DNA of 61,453 nucleotides, the filler included, from Nemertoderma westbladi (Eukaryota > Animalia > Xenacoelomorpha), in assembly GCA_032718475.1 (NCBI GenBank). It is 3 parts of 3 records of this genome, joined end to end, with 100 filler letters (N's around TTAATTAATTAA, not from the genome) between each part and the next. Parts side by side here need not be neighbours in the genome. Positions count along the whole stretch, not along the records: positions 44,796 to 61,453 come from JAUCBJ010006602.1; 2 more parts are not named here. One strand, given 5' to 3'. Both the position numbers and the translations under genes were made by a program. Positions 50,175-61,453 of the stretch are shown here, piece by piece. Each line of letters starts with the position of its first letter. The stretch's first letter is position 1. Under the pieces are notes generated by a model that worked only from the letters and a program-made list of their open reading frames with translations, made no database searches and was not told the DNA's origin.

Positions 50175-53100
50175 CTATAGTCAATTGTTTTAGCTTTTAA
50201 ATACTCCGTTTAATATAGTCAGTTGTTTTAGCTTTTAGATACTCAGTTTAATATGTCAGTTGTTTTAGCTTTTAGATACTCAGTTTAATATAGTCAGTTG
50301 TTTTAGCTTTTAAATACTCAGTTGAATATAGTCAGTTGTTTTAGCTTGTAAATACTCAGTTTAATATAGTCAGTTGTTTTAGCTTTTAAATGCTCAGTTT
50401 AATATAGTCAGTAGTTTTAGCTTTTAAATACTCTGTTGAAAAGTCAGTTGTTTTAGCTTTTAAATACTCCGTTTAATATAGTCAGTTGTTTTAGCTTTTA
50501 GATACTCCGTTTAATATAGTCAGTTGTTTTAGCTTTTAAATACTCAGTTTAATATAGTCAGTTGTTTTAGCTTTTAAATTCTCAGTTTAATATAGTCAGT
50601 TGTTTTAGCTTTTAAATACTCTGTTGAAAAGTCAGTTGTTTTAGCTTTTAAATACTCCGTTTAATATAGTCAGTTGTGTTAGCTTTTAGATACTCCGTTT
50701 AATATAGTCAGTTGTTTTAGCTTTTAAATACTCTGTTTAATATAGTCAGTTGTTTTAGCTTTTAAATACTCTGTTGAAAAGTCAGTTGTTTTAGCTTTTA
50801 AATACTCCGTTTAATATAGTCAGTTGTTTTAGCTTTTAGATACTCCGTTTAATATAGTCAGTTGTTTTAGCTTTTAAATACTCTGTTGAAAAGTCAGTTG
50901 TTTTAGCTTTTAGATACTCCGTTTAATATAGTCAGTTGTTTTAGCTTTTAGATACTCCGTTTAATATAGTCAGTAGTTTTAGCTTTTAAATACTCTGTTG
51001 AAAAGTCAGTTGTTTTAGCTTTTAAATACTCCGTTTAATATAGTCAGTTGTTTTAGCTTTTAGATACTCCGTTTAATATAGTCAGTTGTTTTAGCTTTTA
51101 AATACTCCGTTGTATAGTCAGTTGTTTTAGCTTTTAAATACTCCGTTTAATATAGTCAGTTGTTTTAGCTTTTAAATACTCCGTTGTATAGTCAGTTGTT
51201 TTAGCTTTTAAATACTCCGTTGTATAGTCAGTTGTTTTAGCTTTTAAATACTCCGTTGTATAGTCAGTTGTTTTAGCTTTTAAATACTCCGTTGTATAGT
51301 CAGTTGTTTTAGCTTTTAAATACTCAGTTTAATATAGTCAGTTGTTTTAGCTTTTAAATACTCAGTTTAATATAGTCAGTTGTTTTAGCTTTTAAATACT
51401 CCGTTGTATAGTCAGTTGTTTTAGCTTTTAAATACTCCGTTTAATATAGTCAGTTGTTTTAGCTTTTAAATACTCCGTTTAATATAGTCAGTTGTTTTAG
51501 CTTTTAGATACTCCGTTTAATATAGTCAGTTGTTTTAGCTTTTAGATACTCCGTTTAATATAGTCAGTTGTTTTAGCTTTTAAATACTCCGTTTAATATA
51601 GTCAGTTGTTTTAGCTTTTAGATACTCCGTTTAATATAGTCAGTTGTTTTAGCTTTTAGATACTCCGTTTAATATAGTCAGTTGTTTTAGCTTTTAAATA
51701 CTCCGTTTAATATAGTCAGTTGTTTTAGCTTTTAGATACTCCGTTTAATATAGTCAGTTGTTTTAGCTTTTAGATACTCCGTTTAATATAGTCAGTTGTT
51801 TTAGCTTTTAAATACTCAGTTTAATATAGTCAGTTGTTTTAGCTTTTAAATTCTCAGTTTAATATAGTCAGTTGTTTTAGCTTTTAAATACTCTGTTGAA
51901 AAGTCAGTTGTTTTAGCTTTTAAATACTCCGTTTAATATAGTCAGTTGTGTTAGCTTTTAGATACTCCGTTTAATATAGTCAGTTGTTTTAGCTTTTAAA
52001 TACTCCGTTTAATATAGTCAGTTGTGTTAGCTTTTAGATACTCCGTTTAATATAGTCAGTAGTTTTAGCTTTTAAATACTCAGTTTAATATAGTCAGTTG
52101 TTTTAGCTTTTAAATACTCTGTTGAAAAGTCAGTTGTTTTAGCTTTTAAATACTCCGTTTAATATAGTCAGTTGTGTTAGCTTTTAGATACTCCGTTTAA
52201 TATAGTCAGTAGTTTTAGCTTTTAAATACTCAGTTTAATATAGTCAGTAGTTTTAGCTTTTAAATACTCTGTTGAAAAGTCAGTTGTTTTAGCTTTTAAA
52301 TACTCCGTTTAATATAGTCAGTTGTGTTAGCTTTTAGATACTCCGTTTAATATAGTCAGTTGTTTTAGCTTTTAAATACTCAGTTTAATATAGTCAGTTG
52401 TTTTAGCTTTTATATACTCAGTTTAATATAGTCAGTTGTTTTAGCTTTTAGATACTCCGTTTAATATAGTCAGTTGTTTTAGCTTTAAATACTCCGTTTA
52501 ATATAGTCAGTTGTTTTAGCTTTTAAATACTCCGTTTAATATAGTCAGTTCTTTTAGCTTTTAGATACTCCGTTTAATATAGTCAGTTGTTTTAGCTTTT
52601 ACATACTCCGTTTAATATAGTCAGTTGTTTTAGCTTTTAAATACTCAGTTTAATATAGTCAGTTGTTTTAGCTTTTAAATACTCCGTTTAATATAGTCAG
52701 TTGTTTTAGCTTTTAGATACTCCGTTTAATATAGTCAGTTGTTTTAGCTTTTAAATACTCAGTTTAATATAGTCAGTTGTTTTAGCTTTTAAATACTCAG
52801 TTTAATATAGTCAGTTGTTTTAGCTTTTAAATACTCTGTTGAAAAGTCAGTTGTTTTAGCTTTTAAATACTCAGTTTAATATAGTCAGTTGTTTTAGCTT
52901 TTAAATACTCAGTTTAATATAGTCAGTTGTTTTAGCTTTTAGATACTCCGTTTAATATAGTCAATTGTTTTAGCTTTTAAATACTCCGTTTAATATAGTC
53001 AGTTGTTTTAGCTTTTAGATACTCCGTTTAATATAGTCAGTTGTTTTAGCTTTTAGATACTCCGTTTAATATAGTCAGTTGTTTTAGCTTTTAAATACTC

Positions 53101-55170
53101 AGTTTAATATAGTCAGTTGTTTTAGCTTTTAGATACTCCGTTTAATATAGTCAATTGTTTTAGCTTTTAAATACTCCGTTTAATATAGTCAGTTGTTTTA
53201 GCTTTTAGATACTCCGTTTAATATAGTCAGTTGTTTTAGCTTTTAAATACTCAGTTTAATATAGTCAGTTGTTTTAGCTTTTAAATACTCAGTTTAATAT
53301 AGTCAGTTGTTTTAGCTTTTAAATACTCCGTTTAATATAGTCAGTTGTTTTAGCTTTTAGATACTCCGTTTAATATAGTCAGTTGTTTTAGCTTTTAGAT
53401 ACTCCGTTTAATATAGTCAGTTGTTTTAGCTTTTAAATACTCAGTTTAATATAGTCAGTTGTGTTAGCTTTTAGATACTCCGTTTAATATAGTCAGTAGT
53501 TTTAGCTTTTAAATACTCTGTTGAAAAGTCAGTTGTTTTAGCTTTTAAATACTCAGTTTAATATAGTCAGTTGTTTTAGCTTTTAAATACTCAGTTTAAT
53601 ATAGTCAGTTGTTTTAGCTTTTAAATACTCAGTTTAATATAGTCAGTTGTTTTAGCTTTTAAATACTCAGTTTAATATAGTCAGTTGTTTTAGCTTTTAA
53701 ATACTCAGTTTAACATAGTCAGTTGTTTTAGCTTTTATATACTCAGTTTAATATAGTCAGTTGTTTTAGCTTTTAAATACTCAGTTTAACATAGTCAGTT
53801 GTTTTAGCTTTTATATACTCAGTTTAATATAGTCAGTTGTTTTAGCTTTTAAATACTCAGTTTAATATAGTCAGTTGTTTTAGCTTTTAAATACTCTGTT
53901 GAAAAGTCAGTTGTTTTAGCTTTTAAATACTCCGTTTAATATAGTCAGTTGTTTTAGCTTTTAAATACTCAGTTTAACATAGTCAGTTGTTTTAGCTTTT
54001 AAATACTCAGTTTAACATAGTCAGTTGTTTTAGCTTTTATATACTCAGTTTAATATAGTCAGTTGTTTTAGCTTTTAAATACTCAGTTTAATATAGTCAG
54101 TTGTTTTAGCTTTTAAATACTCTGTTGAAAAGTCAGTTGTTTTAGCTTTTAAATACTCCGTTTAATATAGTCAGTTGTTTTAGCTTTTAAATACTCCGTT
54201 TAATATAGTCAGTTGTGTTAGCTTTTAGATACTCCGTTTAATATAGTCAGTTGTTTTAGCTTTTAGATACTCCGTTTAATATAGTCAGTTGTTTAAGCTT
54301 TTAGATACTCCGTTTACTATAGTCAGTTGTTTTAGCTTTTAGATACTCAGTTGTTCAATACTCCGTTTAATATAGTCAGTTGTTTTAGCTTTTAGATACT
54401 CAGTTGTTCAATTCTCCGTTTAATATATTCAGTTGTTTTAGCTTTTAGATACTCAGTTGTTCAATACTCAGTTTAATATAGTCAGTTGTTTTAGCTTTTA
54501 GATACTCAGTTGTTCAATACTCCGTTTAATATAGTCAGTTGTTTTAGCTTTTAAATACTCCGTTTAATATAGTCAGTTGTTTTAGCTTTTAAATACTCCG
54601 TTTAATATAGTCAGTTGTTTTAGCTTTTAGATACTCCGTTTAATATAGTCAGTTGTTTTAGCTTTTAGATACTCAGTTTAATATAGTCAGTTGTTTTAGC
54701 TTTTAAATACTCCGTTTAATATAGTCAATTGTTTTAGCTTTTAAATACTCCGTTTAATATAGTCAGTTGTTTTAGCTTTTAGATACTCAGTTGTTCAATT
54801 CAGTTTAATATAGTCAGTTGTTTTAGCTTTAAATACTCCGTTTAATATAGTCAGTTGTTTTAGCTTTTAGATACTCAGTTTAATATAGTCAGTTGTTTTA
54901 GCTTTTAGATACTCAGTTGTTCAATACTCCGTTTAATATAGTCAGTTGTTTTAGCTTTTAAATACTCCGTTTAATATAGTCAGTTGTTTTAGCTTTTAGA
55001 TACTCAGTTTAATATAGTCAGTTGTTTTAGCTTTTAGATACTCCGTTTAATATAGTCAGTTGTTTTAGCTTTTAGATACTCCGTTTAATATAGTCAGTTG
55101 TTTTATCTTTTAGATACTCAGTTGTTCAATACTCCGTTTAATATATACTCCGTTGTTCAATACTCCGTTT
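50175..55170. repeat. 38-bp satellite, ~130 units
   Basis: tagtcagttgttttagcttttaaatactccgtttaata, with shorter variants and longer variants near the right edge. Confidence 0.97.
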
Positions 55171-55180
55171 TATATGCGGG

Positions 55181-57793
55181 TGTGACGGGATCCGAGAGGA
55201 TCCCGGTTTATCCGGTGTGTTTCGTACGCGTCCCCGCCCCGCCGTGTGAATGGAAAAGGTAATAATTGTTCTAGTGTCGTTGTCGAACTCTGATAACGTT
55301 GAGATAATAAATGATGAGTGATACAGATAGCACAGTAGATAAAGCTAATATACCGGTAATATGGTGACGGTGGCGACGACGGTCTTAACAGTCACCGTAC
55401 TGCCTTACTGTACTGGGATAGCTGACTGAGTAAACTGACTATAATGATTACCGTACAGGTAATATATATTGCACGGGTTTGGCCGTTACAGTACTTAGTC
55501 GATGCTGTCCCCCCATTGGCTAATACCCCTGTTGGCACCCTTTGCCCCCCTCTGAAGTGCTTCCCTTCGCCCTTGCTGTTCTCTCTTGGTTAGGGGTTTG
55601 GCCCCTGACCCCTATTGTGTGTTTCTCCTTCCCTTCCCACTTTATTGGGGTAACACAAGGTTGATATTGGTAATCAACCTTGTGCTCCCAATATTGCCTT
55701 ATGGCTCACTTTATGGGTTTGTGTTAGCGGAATTGGATAAGCTAACACTCCCCCCCATGCTATCTTCCCGGTAAGAAGATAGCATCCAACTCAAGTGCGC
55801 TACAATTCCGCTGGATCCCGATCTATTATCGGGTGTGGGGTGGGTCTATTTTTTCGGAGTCGGCTTTCCAGGCCGCTCCCTATGGGTATGATGTCACTAC
55901 CCTCTGGCGTCTCGTGTCGGGCCGATCGTGCGCTTCTCTCACACAATTTTTGTTTCCCCAACACTCTCACCACTCTACTCCAACTCTCGCATACTCCCGG
56001 ACCTCCTCGTCCCACACTCTTCCTCTCACTTCTCCTCCCCCACACTTGAATTGCGCCCACGCTCTCTTCGCACTCCGCACTAGTTACCCCATCCCTCTCT
56101 TGTCACTCCCTAAGGCTTTAATCTCTAATGCTACCCCTGTGCTATCATACTATCTATCTACAGCTTACTAACTCTAACTATCTAACTAACTCTGCTAACT
56201 ACTAACTCTTACTACTTCTAGCTCTAACTGAGAGCCTCTAACTTTCTACTGACTCTAACTCTCTACTAAGTCTAACTAACTCCTACTAACTTTCTACTTC
56301 TACTAACTCTACTTGACTCCTCTGAGTCTACCAACTCTGCTAACTAGCTCTACTAACTCTACTCCACTAGCTCTGCTAACTCTACTCCACTCTTCTAACT
56401 CTACTAACTAGCTCTACTAACTCTACTCCACTCTTCTAACTACGTGGCGCTTGCGGTGCCCACAACCACTCTACTATCTGGCACCCTATGTGCCCTTCTA
56501 CTACTCAACTACCTCTCTAGCTCTACTACCTGGCACCCTATGTGCCCCCTCTGCTCTACTCTACTACCTGGCACCCTATGTGCCCTCTCTACTACACTAC
56601 TACCTCTCTAACTTACTACCTGGCACCCTATGTGCCCGTCTCTACTCTTCTACTCTCTGGCACCCTATGTGCCCGTCTCTACTCCTCTACATCCCCTTTA
56701 CGTCTCATCGCCTACACGTGACGCTCTGAGTGCCGGCAGAGTGGGTACGATAATTATGTGAACTACTACTAACTCTAACTAACTCTACTAACTCTCTACG
56801 TGGCGCTAACGGTGCCCACAACCACAACCGGTACTACGTACCCTCTTACTAACTCTACTAACTCTCTACTAACTCAACTAACTCTACTACTAACTCAACT
56901 AACTCTACTGCTAACTCTTACTAACTCTTTTTGTGCCCGGCACCTCTTGTGCCCGGCACCTTCTAACTCTACTAACTCTTTTTGTGCCCGGCACCTCTTG
57001 TGCCCGGCACCTTCCAACTCTACTAACTCCTTTTGTGCCCGGCACCTCTTGTGCCCGGCACCCACCCTAATTAACATACCCTGCTCTTACATCAAACACA
57101 TCATCACGCCCGTGCCCCACTAAGTTCAGCGCATTCCCTACTAACTCTAACTACTGGCTTACGGTGCCGTCACCCTCTAACTGCTTACTCTAACTCCACT
57201 AACTAACGGTACTACGTACCCTCTAACTCTTACTCTCTAATCGGTACTTACGTACCCTCTAACTCTAACTAACTAGCGGTACTTACGTACCCTCTAACTC
57301 TAACTAACTATCGGTACTTACGTACCCTCCAACTCTCTAACTAACTAGCGGTACTTACGTACCCTCTAGCTCTAACTAACTAGCGGTACTTACGTACCCC
57401 CTAACTCTAACTCTAGCTAGGTACTACGTACCTACTAACTCTAACTCTATCGGTACTACCTACCCTCTAACTCTAACTCTAACTAGGTATTACGTACCTA
57501 CTAACTCTAACTATCGGTACTACGTACCTCCTAACTAACTAACTAACTCTAGGTACTACGTACCTACTAACTCTAACTAACTCTAGGTACTACGTACCTA
57601 CTAACTCTCTAACTAACGGTACTACACGTACCCTCCTACTAACTCTTCTACTAACGGTACTACGTACCACCCTTTAACTAACTAACTAATTCTTACTACC
57701 TAACTTCTACCTACTCTATTATTTAATTATTTTCTTATTTTTAATTAAATAATTATTTTATATTTTGTGCGTGGGAAGGGCGTCTCGCCCTCA
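55181..57793 (-). repeat. Probable 3' LTR (~2.6 kb, TG...CA)
   Basis: Left boundary from identity with 61251+; right boundary inferred from CA at 57792-57793 next to the PPT; only 203 bp of the partner LTR is visible. Confidence 0.6.
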
Positions 57794-60700
57794 TTCCCAC
57801 CCCCCTCAGTCCAAAACTTTGGACGACTAAAAACTCTCACGTGCCCCTTCTTCCGGTAGGCACTCTCCTGCTGCCCTCCTATACGTCCTCTAACTCTTCG
57901 CCACACTCTCTTCGGTGCTACTTTTGCTGGCCTCCCCCTTCGTATGTGCGCTGGCATTAGAGCCTTTGACGACCCCCGCTCGTGCCTCGGTATACGCGGT
58001 GTCTGCTCATGTAATGCCCCCTCGCACTGTGTCCGTCCTGCGTGTGTATGCAACACGCCTCCTTCTACTTTCCCGACTCCCTTATGTTTGCTCATAGTCC
58101 TTTCACATCCTCTCCCTTTCCAACACTCTCCGGATCTGTGTCCTTTTACCACACATCGATGACATAGTCCGTTTGCGTCTGTGTAGGCTACACGATCTCG
58201 TTTGGGCAACGCTTGCCAGTACTTGCAACTCCTGGTCTTATGGGTTCCGTCCCGATGTAATTGACATTGGAATCCTGGATTATAACGTTTCCTGTATAGT
58301 CCTTCACGTATCGCGCTTAGGTTTATATGTACCGATTTAATGTTTTGGTTGTCTAGACTCGGCCTACTGGGTATATTGGGATTGTGTTTATTATATATAG
58401 TGTTATTTTCTTTCTGTCCCTGCCACGGTGTGGCCCTACTACCAGCTAACTGTGGACTGGTAGTCCCCTGTATGGCCGCGTGTGGTGGTGACTGTCCGCA
58501 CGACCTGCTCTCGTCCAGGGAGTTCGATGTTCTTGCTCCTATCGGGGTATATTGTCGATATTGTGATGGGGGAATGTCACCCTGTCCCCCCCCAGCCGGT
58601 ATGTTTGGTGCTGGGGTTGATGTTAATACATTGGGGCCCATACGTCTATCTCCAATAACTCCCCCCTCCCCTGGATATATGTTATGTCCCTGTGTATTAT
58701 AGTCATGCTGCTGTACCGATATAGGCCTACCTACCTCTCGCCTACCTACCGGTATGTACTCCGCGACTTCCGGGTTTAATCCCGTCGTTCGCGCTACCCC
58801 ATCGCCTACTCTATCTCTCCCAGCATGGCCTATAATAGTATGTGCAGTAAGGCCTACAGTATGTCCTGCAGTCTGCATGTGCCCTTCCGAACCGAAGTTT
58901 ATTCTTCGCGAATCTCGAATCTCCCCGCGACTACCGTACTCTCGATCGGCAGCTATATCCCGTCGGGAAGTTTCCCTTCGATCCCCTCTCCTGTTCTCGT
59001 CTTCGTATCTGGTACGTCCTGTACCCCTCTCCTGGCGTGCGGTGCGTTTCTCCGGGGCGACGGCAATCTCCCGAAGTTCGACCCCACTGGCTCCCTGACT
59101 CCATCTCTACTATCGACGGTCCGTTATCCGTCCTCGCACTGCTATCGTTCGTGGCGACACTTCTTCTACTATCTTCTCTTCTTCTCTTTTCTGTGTAGTA
59201 TTCCGGCTCGTGAGATCTCTCGTCGACCTCCCGGTTAAACTCCACTGTTCTTCTTCTCTCTTCTGGTCGGGCTCGACGCTTCGCCTGCCCTCTCGCGACG
59301 TCAACCTGCCTCTCTCTGCTCGATCGCACGCCGCTGGGGATACTCGCAATCCCCCTATTACTCTCCGTCGCCGGGTGTTGCGGTTTACCTAGTTCGGCCC
59401 GCGCATTATCCGCTGACGGCTGTGGGACACTCTCTGCCCCCCCTCTCTCTCTACTAGTCTCTCGCGGTGGGGTGCCCGTAGCCCCCCCCCACCCGCCACT
59501 TCTAACTTCACTATTTCTTACTACACTTCTATACCCCTCTTGTGGGGCATTCTCTGCCCCCCCTCTCTCGCCACTAATCTTATGTGGTGGGGCGCCCGTA
59601 GCCCCCCCCCCCACTCGCCACATCTTACTTCACTATCTCTTACTTCGTCTCTACACCCCTCTCTAGTCGACGCACTGTCTCTACTACGGCTGGGTCTATT
59701 CACCCCCGCCTCTCTCTCTACTACTGCGTGGCCTACCAGGCCCACCTCGGGTTGGCTCAACCGCGCCACTTCCTGCCTACCAACTACGTGGCCTACCAGG
59801 CCGCCGTCGGGTTGGCGCAACCCCGCCACTTCCTGTCTACTAACTACGTGGCCTACCAGGCCGCCGTCTGCCGGGCTATACACGTCTGGCACGTTCATAT
59901 TAATAGCACCATTCCCAATATTATTTGTTAAATCAATTGAATTATTAGAATTTGAAACGGAATTATTTAAATTATTTAAGTTAGAATTATTATTATTTTC
60001 AAAATTTAAATTGCTATTCGAATTATTTGAATTATTTTGATTATTCTGAATATTTGAATTAATATTATTATTTGAATTTAAACTTAAATTACTACTACCG
60101 GGTAAAATATTTCCTGTAATAAAGGGATTAGGGTTATTTACTACGGTACTATTAATACCAATATTTCCTAACGCACTACTACTACCCCCCTCGCCCATAC
60201 GGCTACTGTACGTGTACCGCACGCTCTGTTCTCTCGCCTCACGCTCTTCGCGTTCACTCTCTTGCTCTTTCCTTCTCCCCATTATCCACTCTAATTTCTC
60301 TCTAGTTCTTAATTCATACGCTGCCAGATTTATCTCCTGCACCCTTCTTTCTTTTGCGGAGGATGTAGCAGACTTATCGGTTGCGACGGACTTCCGCCGC
60401 CCCTCCGTCCTACTAACTTTCCCCCGCTTTCCGGGGTTCTCGCTGACCGACGAGACCGAATCCTCGGAGCTAACCTCGGATTCGCCCTCGTGCGGTCCCG
60501 CCCAACCCACTAACTTAACTTCCCTGGCATCGACTAAGTATGGCCCTATGTACACTACACCAGGCCCCATACCCCTACGTTCCCATAGCCCAAACAGTTC
60601 GAAGGCAACCCCTCTCGCTCTCTCCTCGGCCAGTTCTCCCTGCCCAGAACGCACTAGGTAATCAAAGTATCTGTTCGACTCACCTAGTCGTCTCCTCAAC

Positions 60701-61155
60701 TTCACCTGGTCTATCTCAGCCCCTCCTCTAGCTTCCTTCAGTTGTTCCCGGGTCGCGGCGTAGGCTCGTCGAAGTCGATCAGAAACCCCGACATCCTCGT
60801 CGCCGACCTCTCCTCTCTCCCTCCGGGTTCGGCGTCGTACCGTCGGCTCCACCGTTGCCGTTCCGGTGGGCCGTTCGTCGCCCTCGGTCTGTGGCTGACC
60901 GGCGACATCGGCATATCGACCGCCGCCCTGTGTCGACTCGTCTCTCTCCTCCCCCGTCTCGCTCTCTCCTCTACTCGACTCGCTCTCTCGCTGTAGACGA
61001 CCCCCCACATCTTGGTTCGCCGGGTTGCTCGTTATCGACGTGGTCGACGTAGCATCGACCGGCGTCGTGGGTCCGTATCGTCTCGCCGTGGCCTCGCGGA
61101 TCGTTAGATCGTCGTCCGGGGTCCGCGGCGGTGTCGTTCCTCTCTCTCGACTCAT
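57745..61155 (-). pseudogene. BEL/Pao-like gag, ~1130 codons, broken by two apparent frameshifts (~59600 and ~59105)
   Basis: ORFs 59521-61155, 58931-59623 and 57745-58878 (the last frame is open up to ~59105); knuckles CQLH-x4-H-x4-C and CHRC-x4-H-x4-C-x5-C; Ser-rich plus coiled-coil N-terminal part; no protease, RT, RNase H or integrase motif. Confidence 0.7.
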
Positions 61156-61250
61156 CTTCGTCTTTGGTAGCCGTCAGTCACAGCTCGGCAGGCCTAGTGT
61201 TAAGACTGTGACGGGCAGTTACAGTTCAGGCAATTCTCAGATGTTAAGAC

Positions 61251-61453
61251 TGTGACGGGATCCGAGAGGATCCCGGTTTATCCGGTGTGTTTCGTACGCG
61301 TCCCCGCCCCGCCGTGTGAATGGAAAAGGTAATAATTGTTCTAGTGTCGTTGTCGAACTCTGATAACGTTGAGATAATAAATGATGAGTGATACAGATAG
61401 CACAGTAGATAAAGCTAATATACCGGTAATATGGTGACGGTGGCGACGACGGT
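61251..61453 (-). repeat. 5' LTR, partial
   Basis: 203 of 203 bp identical by eye to 55181-55383. Confidence 0.9.

Larger units (their letters stand above)
55181..61453 (-). mobile_element. Non-autonomous LTR retrotransposon (gag only), 5' LTR running off the window
   Basis: 55181-55383 is identical to 61251-61453; both start TG; polypurine tract (minus GAGGGGGGTGGGAA, 57794-57807) abuts TGAGGG; gag-like ORFs lie between. Confidence 0.85.

Noticed and set aside
57208-57668. Palindromic repeats with variable spacers resembling a mini-CRISPR
   Set aside because: The repeats are only 13-14 bp and the spacers are related low-complexity CTAACT runs, not unique sequences.
57915-61255. Numerous plus-strand ORFs over the gag region
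   Set aside because: Antisense shadows of a GC-rich coding strand with no recognisable motifs.
55181-61453. DIRS/Ngaro tyrosine-recombinase element or plus-strand LTR element
   Set aside because: No YR or RT motifs and no PPT before 61251 on the plus strand, whereas the ORFs and a PPT are on the minus strand. A split-repeat structure cannot be fully excluded without downstream sequence.

Overview
This is AT-rich eukaryotic (animal, probably marine invertebrate; inference) repeat-dominated DNA. It is not prokaryotic, and I can find no intact host gene, rRNA or CRISPR array. It consists of three pieces joined by two artificial 100-bp spacers (44 N + TTAATTAATTAA + 44 N) at 19918-20017 and 44696-44795. 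Piece 1 holds a ~5.2-kb foldback (~1.3-kb inverted arms) with a decayed RTE LINE at its centre, a PHD-finger remnant, a 5'-truncated CR1/L2-type LINE, a 1.9-kb CAGTCGG-ended DNA element with a 5-bp TSD that carries an RTE 3' fragment, and a three-level nest of DNA elements. Piece 2 holds tRNA-derived remnants, 55-bp and 41-bp satellites (the latter split by a young RTE insertion), a second copy of the 1.9-kb element inside another palindromic element, and 20/29-bp and 36-bp minisatellites. Piece 3 holds a full-length defective piggyBac, a 5-kb 38-bp satellite and a young, pol-less LTR element. That element has a BEL/Pao-like gag, a probable ~2.6-kb LTR full of hairpin arrays, and no tRNA primer site; its PBS position is instead complementary to its own LTR (candidate self-priming). 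It is the most unusual object in the window. All family assignments come from motif recognition by eye, not from database searches.
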